Part shown: positions 34,233 to 45,689 of the stretch, in pieces
How positions within the stretch are numbered: the first letter of the stretch is position 1
Layout: every line of letters begins with the position of its first letter
Origin: an uncultured Thermoleophilia bacterium
Lineage (GTDB): Bacteria; Actinomycetota; Thermoleophilia; UBA2241
Reading direction: 5' to 3'
DNA: 64,000 bases
Assembly (NCBI GenBank): GCA_963696935.1
Contig: CAVOMB010000061.1
Coordinates: 8,089-72,088, forward strand
The notes under the pieces: model-generated
Seen by the model: only the letters and a program-made list of their open reading frames with translations
What the model was told of the DNA's origin: nothing
The model's database searches: none
Program-made: the position numbers and the translations under genes

Positions 34233-35107
34233 GCGGCGCGCCACACTCACCCGGCGGCCCGCCCCGGCCGGCCCTGCCCTACGAGCAGCCGAACCCGGGC
34301 GGCTTTCTCGCCGAGATGGTCGCCGGGTCGCGTCGGCGCGTCGCCGCGGCGCGCGTCGGCGGCAGGCTGCGGCGGCCGGAGCACCCCGGCGAGCCCGGCC
34401 GCCTGCGCGAGGCGCTGGCGCGCCCGAGTTGGACGCCCGGCGCCCCCAGCCCGCAGCTTGCCGTCATCGCCGAGGTCAAGCGGCGCTCGCCGAGCAAGGG
34501 AGACATCGCGTCGGAGCTCGACGCGGTCACGCAGGGGCGCGCCTACGAGGCCGCCGGAGCGGACGCGATCTCCGTGCTCACCGAGCCGACGCGCTTCGGC
34601 GGCTCGCTCGACGACCTGCGCGCCGTGTGCGCGGCGGTCGAGCTCCCCGTGCTGCGCAAGGACTTCATCGTGGACAAGGGGCAGATCTGGGAGGCGGCCG
34701 AGGCGGGGGCCGCCGCCGTGCTCCTCATCGTGGCCATCCTGGGGGACGACCGCCTGCACGAGCTGCTCATCGAGGCGCTCGACTGCGGCCTCGACCCACT
34801 GGTGGAGGTGCACGACCTCGGCGAGACCCGCCGCGCCACCCGCGCCGGCTGCACGCTCGTCGGCATCAACAACCGCGACCTCGTCACCCTTGAGGTGGAC
34901 ATAGCCACCACCGAGTACCTCGCCCCCGCCCTGGGCCCCTGCATGTTCCCGGTGAGCGAGAGCGGCATCGTCACCTCCGCCGACGCCTGCCGCGTGGCGC
35001 TCTCAGGCGCCCGCGCGCTGCTCGTCGGCGAGACGCTCGTGCGCGCTCCCGTCGAGGAACTCTCGCAGGTCATCTCCGACCTCAAGGACCCGGGGTGGCC
35101 GGCGTGA
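34229..35107 (+). CDS. trpC: Indole-3-glycerol phosphate synthase
   Basis: IAEVKRRSPSKG, ISVLTEPTRFGGS, LRKDFIVD, and VGINNRDL match the family. GTGA overlap with trpD. Confidence 0.9.
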   Translation: MSGAPHSPGGPPRPALPYEQPNPGGFLAEMVAGSRRRVAAARVGGRLRRPEHPGEPGRLREALARPSWTPGAPSPQLAVIAEVKRRSPSKGDIASELDAVTQGRAYEAAGADAISVLTEPTRFGGSLDDLRAVCAAVELPVLRKDFIVDKGQIWEAAEAGAAAVLLIVAILGDDRLHELLIEALDCGLDPLVEVHDLGETRRATRAGCTLVGINNRDLVTLEVDIATTEYLAPALGPCMFPVSESGIVTSADACRVALSGARALLVGETLVRAPVEELSQVISDLKDPGWPA

Positions 35108-35793
35108 CCCTGATCAAGGTCTGCGGCCTCACCCGCGCCGAGGACGCCCGACTTGCGGCCGAGCTCGGCGCGTGGGCGCTCGGCTTCGTGCTGACCGGGA
35201 GCCCCAGGCGAGTCCGCGCAGGCGAGGCGGCGGAGCTCATCGCCGCGGCGACGCGCGCCGACTACGGCGCGTCCGGAGAAAAGCCCGGGCGCTCGCCGCA
35301 CGCCGTCGCCGTGGTCACCACCGAGCCGGCCGGCTGGGTCGCCGACGCGCTCGCGGAGAGCGGCGCCGACGCCGTGCAGCTCTCCGCCGGCGCCGACGGC
35401 CCAGGCGTCGCACAGATCCGGGAGGCGGCCGCGCGGCTGCGGCGGCGGCCGCTCGTCATCGCCGCCGCCGACACGCCGGACGTGGCGCTCGCCGACTTCG
35501 TCCTGCTCGACGCGCGTACCGCCGGCGCCTACGGCGGCACCGGCGAGACCCTCGACTGGGAGGCGCTCGCCGCGGACCCCGCCACGCCGGCCGGAGACGT
35601 CGTCGTCCTCGCCGGCGGCCTGCTCCCGGACAACGTCGGCGCAGCCATCGCCGCGCTGCGCCCCGCCGCCGTCGACCTCTCGAGCGGCGTGGAGAGCGCG
35701 CCGGGCGTCAAAGACCATCAGGGACTGCGTGACTTCTTCGCCGCAGTGGTACAAGCGGACGGAGGGGCGGCCATGAGGAGGATCACAGGATGA
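35095..35793 (+). CDS. trpF: Phosphoribosylanthranilate isomerase
   Basis: [13 protein letters not shown] and GGTGETLDW match the family. An alternative GTG at 35104 overlaps the trpC stop (GTGA). Confidence 0.85.
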   Translation: MAGVTLIKVCGLTRAEDARLAAELGAWALGFVLTGSPRRVRAGEAAELIAAATRADYGASGEKPGRSPHAVAVVTTEPAGWVADALAESGADAVQLSAGADGPGVAQIREAAARLRRRPLVIAAADTPDVALADFVLLDARTAGAYGGTGETLDWEALAADPATPAGDVVVLAGGLLPDNVGAAIAALRPAAVDLSSGVESAPGVKDHQGLRDFFAAVVQADGGAAMRRITG

Positions 35794-37049
35794 GCATCGA
35801 GACACGCTTCGGCCCGTACGGAGGCCGGTTCGTCCCCGAGACGCTCATCCCGGCGCTCGACGAGCTGACCGCCGCCTACGAGGAGGCGGCGGCCGACACG
35901 GCCTTCCAGGCCACACTGGCTCACCTCCTCTCCGAGTACGCCGGCCGCCCCACCCCGCTCTACCACGCCGAGCGGCTGAGCGCGCGCTGCGGCGCGACGG
36001 TGCTGCTCAAGCGCGAGGACCTCTGTCACACCGGCGCCCACAAGATCAACAACGTCCTCGGTCAGGCCCTGCTCGCGAAGCGGATGGGCAAGCGCCGGGT
36101 GATCGCGGAGACCGGCGCCGGCCAGCACGGCGTGGCCACCGCGACGGCCTGCGCCCTGCTCGACCTCGAGTGCGCCGTGTACATGGGCGCCGAGGACGTG
36201 CGCAGGCAGGAGCTCAACGTGGTGCGCATGCGCCTGCTCGGCGCGACCGTCGTCCCCGTGGAGAGCGGCTCCCGCACCCTGAAGGATGCGATGAACGAGG
36301 CGCTGCGCGACTGGGTGACCAACGTGCGCGACACCTTCTACTGCATCGGGTCGGTCGCCGGCCCGGCCCCGTACCCGTCCATGGTGCGCGACTTCCAGGC
36401 AGTGATCGGCGACGAGACCATCTCCCAGGTTCGCGAGCGGTACGGGCACCTGCCCGACGAGGTCGTCGCCTGCGTGGGCGGCGGCTCCAACGCGATGGGC
36501 ATCTTCAACGCGTTCCGCGACCTCGCCTCGGTGCGGCTCACGGGCGTGGAGGCGGCCGGCGAGGGACTGGACGGCCGCCACGGCGCGCCGCTGGCCAAGG
36601 GCACGCCGGGCGTGCTGCACGGGTCGTACAGCTACCTGTTGCAGGACCCCTGGGGACAGGTGACCGAGGCGCACTCCATCTCGGCCGGGCTGGACTACCC
36701 GGGCGTGGGGCCGGAGCACTCGTGGCTCAAGGACTCCGGCCGCGCGGCGTACGCAGCGGCGACCGACGTGGAGGCTCTCGCAGCCTTCCGCACGCTCTCG
36801 GAGCTCGAGGGCATCATCCCGGCGCTGGAGAGCGCCCACGCCGTGGCCTACGTGCTGCGCGGGCCGTCGGACGTCGAGCCCACCGCGCCGTCGCCGTCCC
36901 AGACCGGCAGGTTCACGATCCCGGGAGAGGCCGAGTTCGACCCGACGGCCACGCGGTTCGCCCGCGGCGACCTCGTGGTGGTCAACCTCTCCGGCCGGGG
37001 AGACAAAGACGTCTACGAGGCCGGAGCGAAGCTGGGGGTGCTTCCATGA
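35790..37049 (+). CDS. trpB: Tryptophan synthase beta chain
   Basis: [33 protein letters not shown], and NLSGRGDKD match the family. It carries a roughly 25-aa insertion before the C-terminal strand. Confidence 0.95.
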   Translation: MSIETRFGPYGGRFVPETLIPALDELTAAYEEAAADTAFQATLAHLLSEYAGRPTPLYHAERLSARCGATVLLKREDLCHTGAHKINNVLGQALLAKRMGKRRVIAETGAGQHGVATATACALLDLECAVYMGAEDVRRQELNVVRMRLLGATVVPVESGSRTLKDAMNEALRDWVTNVRDTFYCIGSVAGPAPYPSMVRDFQAVIGDETISQVRERYGHLPDEVVACVGGGSNAMGIFNAFRDLASVRLTGVEAAGEGLDGRHGAPLAKGTPGVLHGSYSYLLQDPWGQVTEAHSISAGLDYPGVGPEHSWLKDSGRAAYAAATDVEALAAFRTLSELEGIIPALESAHAVAYVLRGPSDVEPTAPSPSQTGRFTIPGEAEFDPTATRFARGDLVVVNLSGRGDKDVYEAGAKLGVLP

Positions 37050-37098
37050 GCGGTCTACCTACGGTGGCCCGCTCGCGTACGCCCGAAGAGGAGGCGTC

Positions 37099-38049
37099 AT
37101 GAGCGTGCGCAAGCTGCCGCATCCGCCGGCGGGCCAGGAGCCCAGGCCGCCGGCGTCGGAGGAGCCGGCTGGCGGCCACCTCGCCAACCCGGACGAAGAA
37201 GTCCCGGCGCTGCCGCGCGACCTCGCGCCGCGACTGAAGCGCGCGTTCCGCGCGCCGCGCGCGCGGCGCGCGGCGCTCATCCCCTACCTCACCGGCGGCC
37301 ACCCGACGCTCGAGACCAGCAACGCGCTCATCGAGGCGCTCATCGACGCCGGCGCCGACGTCGTCGAGCTCGGCGTGCCGTTCTCCGACCCCATCGCCGA
37401 CGGCCCGGTGGTGCAGCAGTCGACGCACGCGGCACTCACGGCGGGTGTGACGCCGGACGACGTCCTCGCGCTGGCGGCGGCGCACAGCGCCGCCGTGCCG
37501 TTCGTGCTGCTCACGTACCTGAACTCGGTGCTCGCCTACGGCGCCGAGCGGTTCTTCCAGCGGGCCGCGACCGCGGGCGTGGAGGCGCTGGTGATCCCCG
37601 ACCTGCCGCTGGACGAGGCCGACGGCCGCGATGTCGCCCTGGCGCGCGAGGCCGGCGGGCTGGCACGCCTCGCCGCCGGCGCCGGCGTCTCGCTGGTGCC
37701 GATGGCGACGCCGACGAGCATCGGCGAGCGCCTGGACCTCGTCGCCGCGGCGGCCACCTCGTTCGTCTACTGCGTCGCCGTGACCGGCGTGACCGGGGCG
37801 CGCGCGGAGGTCGGCAGCGAGCTGCCGGAGCTGCTCGCGCGCCTGCGTGAACGCACGGACGCGCCGCTCGCGGTGGGCTTCGGCATCTCGACACCCGAGC
37901 AGGCGGCGAGCGTGGCATCGCTGGCGGACGGCGTGATCATCGGCAGCGCGCTCATCGACGCCGTCTCCCGGGCGGAGTCCCCGGACGCCGCCTGCGCAGC
38001 CGCCGGGCGGCTGATCGGCGACGCGAGCAAGGCAATGGCCGGCGCATGA
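37099..38049 (+). CDS. trpA: Tryptophan synthase alpha chain (with roughly 40-aa N-terminal extension as annotated)
   Basis: ALIPYLTGGHP, VELGVPFSDPIADGPVVQ, and GFGISTPEQA match the family. The true start is uncertain. Confidence 0.9.
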   Translation: MSVRKLPHPPAGQEPRPPASEEPAGGHLANPDEEVPALPRDLAPRLKRAFRAPRARRAALIPYLTGGHPTLETSNALIEALIDAGADVVELGVPFSDPIADGPVVQQSTHAALTAGVTPDDVLALAAAHSAAVPFVLLTYLNSVLAYGAERFFQRAATAGVEALVIPDLPLDEADGRDVALAREAGGLARLAAGAGVSLVPMATPTSIGERLDLVAAAATSFVYCVAVTGVTGARAEVGSELPELLARLRERTDAPLAVGFGISTPEQAASVASLADGVIIGSALIDAVSRAESPDAACAAAGRLIGDASKAMAGA

Positions 38050-38074
38050 CCGGCCCGGCTCCCGGCGGCACGGC

Positions 38075-38338
38075 ATGAGGATCAAGCTCCCGCGGAAGAA
38101 GGCAGACAAGCGCTTTCGCCTGTTCATCGCGGACGCCGAGGACGCTCCTCCCGACCACCGGTACAGCTCCTTGAAAGCGGCACTTCGAGCATTCGACGAC
38201 CTCGAAGAGCGCTGGAAGCACCTCGCCTGGATCATCGAGTATCAGGAGGAGCCGAGTCTTGGCGGCATCCCCCTCGCCCGGGACGTCGTCCACCTGAGGT
38301 ACGGCGTGCGCACGGAGGACTCGCAAGCCGGGGAATGA
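38075..38338 (+). CDS. Hypothetical small protein (87 aa)
   Basis: Protein-like composition (MRIKLPRKKADKRFRLFIADAED...WKHLAWIIEYQEE). No family recognised. The RBS is weak. Confidence 0.4.
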   Translation: MRIKLPRKKADKRFRLFIADAEDAPPDHRYSSLKAALRAFDDLEERWKHLAWIIEYQEEPSLGGIPLARDVVHLRYGVRTEDSQAGE

Positions 38339-38580
38339 TCGGCGACGCCGCGGCAGGGACGGCGCAGCCCTCGATCTTGTGCGGCTCGTCGACGAGCTCG
38401 ACCACGATGGGCAGGTCGGCTGCGCGCGCCGTACCCCAGGTAGCCCTGTAGCACCGTCGCACCCGCGAGGTGCTGCTCCCGCGCCGCCTCGACGATCGCC
38501 TCGTACAGGGGCTTGTGGTGGTAACGGTCGCTGTCGCCGACGAACACCCGCAGCAGCTCAGCCTTCTCCGGCAGATGCAT
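38242..38580 (-). pseudogene. DUF190 (CrcB-associated) gene, disrupted
   Basis: MHLPEKAELLRVFVGDSDRYHHKPLYEAIVEAAREQHLAGATVLQGYLGYGARS is in one frame and ADLPIVVELVDEPHKIEG in a second frame. About 12 residues appear to be missing between them. Confidence 0.5.
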
Positions 38581-38950
38581 CGCTCCCCCTCCCCCAGATG
38601 AGCCGTGAGGCCACGAGGCCTCCATACAGGGCCACCGCCCCCAGCCCGTTCTGCAGGGGCAGGTTGGCCGCGGCACCGACCCACTGCGCGTCGCGGGCCA
38701 GATCCGTGGTCCCCAGCATGAACCCCCGAGAACGTCGAGAACGCCCCAGGAACCCGATGAAGACGATGACGCGCGCCTCGCCGCTCAGCCCCCAGCGGCT
38801 CTCGAAGAGTCCGAAGGCGAGACCCGCGACAAGACAGCCCGTCACGTTCACCGCCATCGTACCCCAGGGGAAACGGGCGCCGGCGGCGCCCTGCACGAGG
38901 CCGGAGAGGCCGTAGCTGCAGAGCGTCCCCGCGGCGCCCGCGCATCAGCA
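38558..38950 (-). pseudogene. crcB: Fluoride channel CrcB gene, disrupted
   Basis: FPWGTMAVNVTGCLVAGL and FMLGTTDLARDAQWVGAAANL are in the ORF frame. The conserved GFLG-AFSTFSG motif lies in another frame between two G-runs (38744-47 and 38723-27). The N-terminal AGAAGTLCSYGLSGLV is preceded by an in-frame TGA. Confidence 0.55.
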
Positions 38951-39118
38951 GCAGCAGTCGTGTCGCCACTCGTCCCTCCGTTCCGTCGCGTACCAGTCCC
39001 CGGAACGAAAAGAGGCCTCCGCCCGGGGGGCAGAAGCCATCAGCGCAGTGCGCGTAACGCGAGCCTCATCGCGGCGCAGACCTCCCGCGCGGAGCCGCCG
39101 TGGTGGTGGGCAGAGAAA

Positions 39119-39194
39119 TGGTGGGCGACGTTGGAATTGAACCAACGACCTCGTGCTTGTCGAGCACGCGCTCTCCCAACTGAGCTAGTCGCCC
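39119..39194 (-). tRNA. tRNA-Val (anticodon GAC), CCA encoded
   Basis: GGGCGAC-TA-GCTC-AGTTGGGA-GAGC-G-CGTGC-TCGACAA-GCACG-AGGTC-GTTGG-TTCAATT-CCAAC-GTCGCCC-A-CCA. All four stems pair perfectly. 76 nt. Confidence 0.95.
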
Positions 39195-39247
39195 ACGCAG
39201 GAACGGGAGTATAGCAAGCCCGCGCGCGCCTGTCAGCCGACGGGTGT

Positions 39248-39682
39248 GTGGTGAGCGACAAGGTTGTTCCCGACCGCGTCCGCGACAATGATGAAGGCGT
39301 GATCGGCTACACCATCAGGCGGCTGTACCAGCTCGCCATCGTCATGCTGGGCATCACGTTCATCACCTTCGGCATGCTCAAGACCGTGCCTGGCGACCCG
39401 GCGCGCTTCCTCGCGGGCAAGCTGGCGACTCCGCAGCGCATCGAGTTCGTGCGCCACCAGCGCGGCCTTGACCTCGGGACCCTCATCGGTGGCGCGTTCA
39501 TCGTCGAGATGATCTTCAATCGTCCCGGCATCGGCTACATGTTGCTGGACGCCACGAGTGGTCGCGACCCCGCCGTCATCGCCGGCGGCACGATCTTCGT
39601 GAGCTTCTTCTTCGTGCTCTGCAACCTGCTGGTCGACCTCGCCTACGCCTGGGTGGACCCGCGCGTCCGCCTCGGCGATTAG
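39248..39682 (+). pseudogene. Internally deleted DppB/OppB-type ABC permease remnant
   Basis: The N-terminus (IRRLYQLAIVMLGITFITFGMLKTVPGDPARFLAG...RHQRGLD) is joined directly to the C-terminus (GGAFIVEMIFNRPGIGYML...NLLVDLAYAWVDPRVRL). About 170 aa are missing, including the EAA loop. No partner ABC genes are nearby. Confidence 0.6.
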
Positions 39683-39942
39683 CCAACGCAGCCGGGCTAA
39701 CGAGCGGGGCGCCGCAGGCGCACCGCTCACTGACGGCCCGGGCCGCCCGGGCGAGCAGGCAGGCGACCGGCAGCCGCCTTGGCCTCCGGAGGGGGCTCCC
39801 TGCACAGGCGAGAGATTGTCCCGCCTGGTGGGCGCGCGGCCAGCCTGAATCCAGGAACGATGGCCCCCGCGCGCGTCCCTCCGTGCGCCTGTGAAGGAAG
39901 ACTGACGCCCGGGTGCCGCGTCGGCTGACCCGGGACGCACGA

Positions 39943-40000
39943 ACGGCTGAGGCCGGGCCGGCCCCCCTTTGGGGCTCGCCCGGCCTCAGCCGTTTCTTCT
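39943..40000. terminator. Strong hairpin with T-tract between convergent units
   Basis: acggctgaggccgggc (39943-39958) pairs perfectly (16 bp) with gcccggcctcagccgt (39978-39993), followed by tttcttct. It lies 40 nt beyond the helicase stop. Confidence 0.6.
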
Positions 40001-40032
40001 GCAGCGCCGCGAGGCGCCGGCGCGTCAGCGCG

Positions 40033-41766
<1,734 letters not shown>

Positions 41767-42021
41767 GGTCTCTCTCTTCCTCGGCGACTCCGTACGCGGC
41801 AACGTACCACCGTCCGGGGCAGGCGAATGCTCGCCCGGGATCAGAGGTGTGCGCGGGAGTTCGTCTTGTAGGGGGCCACCCTCGGGGCGGCCAGACTCAG
41901 TACGGACGGGTGTTCCTTTCAGTCCAGAACACTGCCCGGTAATCACAATGTCTGCGGGATCTGCTTGGGGAGGAAGTGCCCGGCGCGCTGCGCCTGGGCC
42001 AAAAACCGGCTCCCATGGATG

Positions 42022-42045
42022 AAACAGAGCTTATCAGCTCTTTAT
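42022..42045 (-). terminator. Small hairpin plus U-stretch downstream of the diguanylate cyclase gene
   Basis: The minus strand reads AGAGCT-GATA-AGCTCT, then GTTTC, in a locally AT-rich patch about 70 nt after the stop. Confidence 0.3.
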
Positions 42046-42113
42046 TGTACCCTCAAGCGCCGCGCCTCACGCGGGCCATCCCGGACCGCACCTCAGAGGC
42101 GGCTTCTCGGGCC

Positions 42114-43298
42114 TCACTCTCCTCCGCGCGCGTGCTTGGCCTCGTACATGCGCGTGTCGGCCTGGTCGAGCAGCCCACGCGGGTCCTCGAGGCCGCGCCA
42201 GTCCGTCAGCACCTCGCCGTGGCTGAGCCCGAACGGTACCCCAAGACGCTCGGCGGCCGCGGCTACAGCCACGTCGAGCCGCGCACCGAGCGCGTCGGGC
42301 TTGATCTCGTCAGTCTCCGCCACCACGCAGAACTCGTCACCGCCGAGCCGGGCTATCAGGTCGGTCTCACGGAAGGCGGCGCGCAGCGCCCCCGCGACCG
42401 CCAAGATGACCTCGTCGCCGCGCTCGTGGCCGTAGGTGTCGTTGAGCGCCTTGAAGTGGTCGATGTCGCCGTACCCGACGATCACCGGCCGCCCCGAGCG
42501 CTTGGCGCGCTTTGCCTGCTCGGGCAGCATCAGGTCCAGCCCGCGACGGTTGAAGAGCCCGGTGAGCGCGTCGCGCAGCGTGAGATCCTCGAGCCTGTGG
42601 ACCTCGCGCATCCGCTCGCGGATGTCGCGCGACATGGTGAGCACCACGAGCTCGCCAGCCACCTCCGTGAGGCTGGAGCCGATCTCGACGGGGATGAGCT
42701 CCCCGCCGCGGGCGCGGCGCACGCTCTCGTAGTGGATCGTGCCCTCCTTGAGCAGCTCGGCCATCTTGTGCCGCAGCTGTCCGGGCTTGGGTGCGGCGTC
42801 CACGGCCCGCGGCGTGAGCCCGAGCAGCTCCTCCCTGGTGTAGCCGAGCAGCTCGCAGGTCGCGTCGTTCACGGCGATGAACCACGTCGGCTCGCCGGCC
42901 GCGTCGAGACCGTGCAGGTACACGGGGTCGGCGCTGTGCTCGAAGAGCAGGCGGTAGCGACCCTCGCTGGCGGCGAACAGCTTCTGCGCCAGTCCGGCCG
43001 ACTCCGCCGCCTCCTCCAGGCGCCTGCGCTGCCGCTCGAACCGGTCCACGGCGGTCCCGACCAGTACGCCGATGATGAGGTAGCCCACGGCCGTGACGAT
43101 GTAGTCCTCGAGGTCGCCGTCGTGGACGATGAGGAAGGCGACGGTGGCGACGAACGTCGCCCACAGCGCGACGACGAAGCCTCCACGCACGCCGAGGTAG
43201 AAGGCCGCGACGACCACGAGCGGCACGCCGAGGATCTCCAGCACCTCCAGCGGCAACAGCAGAGCCGCGGCACCGAAGCCGGCCGCGAGAAGCACCAT
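42114..43298 (-). CDS. Membrane-anchored PAS-GGDEF diguanylate cyclase
   Basis: N-terminal TM helices, a PAS domain (GRYRLLFEHSADPVYL...), and a GGDEF domain with an intact RETD I-site and GGDEF motif (FRETDLIARLGGDEFCV). A possible upstream CTG start at 43325 follows GGAGG. Confidence 0.9.
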   Translation of the reverse strand: MVLLAAGFGAAALLLPLEVLEILGVPLVVVAAFYLGVRGGFVVALWATFVATVAFLIVHDGDLEDYIVTAVGYLIIGVLVGTAVDRFERQRRRLEEAAESAGLAQKLFAASEGRYRLLFEHSADPVYLHGLDAAGEPTWFIAVNDATCELLGYTREELLGLTPRAVDAAPKPGQLRHKMAELLKEGTIHYESVRRARGGELIPVEIGSSLTEVAGELVVLTMSRDIRERMREVHRLEDLTLRDALTGLFNRRGLDLMLPEQAKRAKRSGRPVIVGYGDIDHFKALNDTYGHERGDEVILAVAGALRAAFRETDLIARLGGDEFCVVAETDEIKPDALGARLDVAVAAAAERLGVPFGLSHGEVLTDWRGLEDPRGLLDQADTRMYEAKHARGGE

Positions 43299-43552
43299 GA
43301 TCCAGCTGATCCGGCGTGAGTGCAGGGCGGACCTCCTAACCGATGCTTCATGGTGCCCGCTCGAGGCCTGCCTGAGTCAGCCGCCCCGATCCCCTCTCTC
43401 AGTTCGTCATGTCGGTGTCGACGCGGACGGTCTTGACTGAAGTGAACCCACGCCAGCTCGGGTCGAACGAACGCGGGTACCGGATCGCAGCCGCCCTTTC
43501 CGCGTAAGTGGCGTACTACGCGCCTGATAGTTGGCAGAAGGCGGACTGTGTA

Positions 43553-44551
43553 TTACGCAGAGGGTGCGGACCAGGGGTAGGTGTCGGCGACGGCCTGCAG
43601 GCGGGCGCGCGTGGGCTCGTCGCAGAACGCGCCCGCCACCGCGTGCTCGTACATGGCCCGCGGTGTGTGCCCCAGGCGGGCGGCGACGGTGGAGTCCTCG
43701 GTGAGCGACGTCTGCATGAGCACAGGGTCGTCGCTGCCGACGGAGCACTTCACGCCGGCGGCGAGCATGGCAGGCAGCGGGTGGTCGTCGAGCGAGCTCA
43801 CGACGCCGGTGCGCAGGTTGCTCACCGGCGTGACGTCGCACACGATGCCGCGCTCCGCGAGCTCGGCCAGCAGCGTGGGGTCCTCCGCAGCGCGCACGCC
43901 GTGCCGCAGGCGGTCGGCGTGAAGGTCGTCCAGGGCCGAGCGGACGGAGGCGGGGCCGGCCGTCTCCCCGGCGTGCGGCGCCGCCTTGAGCCCGCCCTCC
44001 CTGGCGATGGCGAACGCCCTCGCGAACGGGGCGGGCGGGAAGCGGTGCTCGCTCCCGCCCAGGCTGATGCCGGCCACTCCGCGCTCGCGGTAGCGGACGG
44101 CCCACCCGGCGAGCTCCTCGCCGGTCTCGGGCGGGAAGTTGCGCGTGACGTCCGGCGTGAAGCGCAGCTCCACGCCGTGCCGCTCGCGCGCCTCTTCAGC
44201 GCCGTCGCAGTAGCCGTCGAACACCTCCTGCCACGGCGTGCCGCGCAGCACCGGCTCGGACGGCGAGAACAGCGGCTCCGCGTAGAAGCAGCCCTGCGCC
44301 GCCAGCTCGGCGGCGTAGTCGGCCACGATCTGGCGGAAGTCGTCGTGACGCCGCAGCACGGCCGTCGTCTTGACCCACACCCGGATGAAGCGGTCGAACC
44401 CGCTGAAGCGGCAGAACCGCTCCAACCCGGCCACAGAACGTGCCGGGAGCTTCACGTCGTTCCGGCGCCCAAGCTCGAGCAGCCGCTCGGGCTTCACGGT
44501 CGCCTCGAGGTGCACGTGGAGCTCGATCTTGGGGTACGGTGCGGCGTTCAC
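43553..44551 (-). CDS. add: Adenosine deaminase
   Basis: PKIELHVHLEATVKPERLLELGRRN, HAGETAGP, and SVGSDDPVLM match the family. Confidence 0.85.
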   Translation of the reverse strand: MNAAPYPKIELHVHLEATVKPERLLELGRRNDVKLPARSVAGLERFCRFSGFDRFIRVWVKTTAVLRRHDDFRQIVADYAAELAAQGCFYAEPLFSPSEPVLRGTPWQEVFDGYCDGAEEARERHGVELRFTPDVTRNFPPETGEELAGWAVRYRERGVAGISLGGSEHRFPPAPFARAFAIAREGGLKAAPHAGETAGPASVRSALDDLHADRLRHGVRAAEDPTLLAELAERGIVCDVTPVSNLRTGVVSSLDDHPLPAMLAAGVKCSVGSDDPVLMQTSLTEDSTVAARLGHTPRAMYEHAVAGAFCDEPTRARLQAVADTYPWSAPSA

Positions 44552-44653
44552 CGGCCCATGCTATCGCAGCCGCAGAGGCAGCCATTGACCGATGCGCGCG
44601 CGCCGTGTAGATACGTGTGCAGACCGTCGCCACCTCGTCCCGGGAGACCCGTC

Positions 44654-45646
44654 ATGCGGAGGACAACCCTTGCAGTCATCGCCGTCGCCATCCTCACCGC
44701 CGTGCTCGCGCTGGGCATCGGCGCCGTCAGCACACGCACCTCGCACGCGGCGGAGCAGCAGACTCCCGTCGCCGGACCCACCGCCGGCACCGACGCCTAC
44801 GAGTACATGGCGGAACTCAGCGACGAGATCGGCTCGCGCGTCGCCGGCCTCTCCAGCGAGACGCGCGCAGGCGACCGCGTCCTGCAGTGGTTCTCCGACC
44901 TCGGGTACACGCCGGACACGCAGGACTTCACGTTCACCAAGGGCGGCGATATACGTCACTCGCGCAACATCATCGCCGTCAAGCCCGGGGTCGGCAGCAA
45001 GGAGATCCTCATCGGCGCCCACTACGACTCGGTCAACGTCGGCCGGGGCGCGTTCGACAACGCCAGCGGCGTGGCCCTCATGATGGAGCTGGCCGACGCT
45101 CTGCGCGACGAGAAGACGCCGTACACGCTCGTCTTCGTGGCCTTCGGCGCGGAGGAGGAAGGCCTCAAGGGCTCCACCTTCTACGTCAACCAGATGAGCG
45201 ACGAGGCACGTGCCACTACCGCACTCATGATCAATTTCGACTCGGTCGCGACCGGCGACCGCGTGTACTGCTACAGCAGCAAGGGCGCGGCCTGGCCGCA
45301 GCTGGCGCTGCGCAGCATGGCGCGTGGGCTCGGCACCTACTTCCTCACCAGCCCGGGCCTCAACAAGACATACTCCTACGGCACGACCGGCGACTGGAGC
45401 GACCACGTGGCGTTCCGCAAGGCCGGCATCCCCTACCTGTACTTCGAGGCGACCAACTGGCTGCTGGGCGAGAAGGACGGCTACCAGAACACGGCCAAGG
45501 ACCGCGAGGTCTGGCACAGCAAGAAGGACTCGCTGAGCTACATCGAGCAGCGGTACCCCGGCCGGATGGAGCGCCAGCTGGACGAGGAGTTCACGGCGCT
45601 CGCGGCGTTCCTCACCAGGTACGAGATCCCGGCCGAGCAGCAGTGA
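44654..45646 (+). CDS. Secreted M28-family aminopeptidase
   Basis: Signal peptide (MRRTTLAVIAVAILTAVLALGIGAV). Also ILIGAHYDSV, AFDNASGVALMMELA, FVAFGAEEEGLKGS, and DWSDHVAF. Confidence 0.85.
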   Translation: MRRTTLAVIAVAILTAVLALGIGAVSTRTSHAAEQQTPVAGPTAGTDAYEYMAELSDEIGSRVAGLSSETRAGDRVLQWFSDLGYTPDTQDFTFTKGGDIRHSRNIIAVKPGVGSKEILIGAHYDSVNVGRGAFDNASGVALMMELADALRDEKTPYTLVFVAFGAEEEGLKGSTFYVNQMSDEARATTALMINFDSVATGDRVYCYSSKGAAWPQLALRSMARGLGTYFLTSPGLNKTYSYGTTGDWSDHVAFRKAGIPYLYFEATNWLLGEKDGYQNTAKDREVWHSKKDSLSYIEQRYPGRMERQLDEEFTALAAFLTRYEIPAEQQ

Positions 45647-45689
45647 CCGCCGGGCGCGGGGGCGCAGCACCGCCGCGCCCTCCCCGCCG

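Noticed and set aside
38960-39070. Possible fluoride (crcB-motif) riboswitch upstream of crcB
   Set aside because: The minus strand contains GCUGAUGGCUUCUGCC, loosely like the GGnGAUGGnnUUCnCC core. I cannot find the downstream conserved AAACGCC...CUGAUGAnUCCU elements or a convincing pseudoknot. An Rfam/Infernal scan would settle it.
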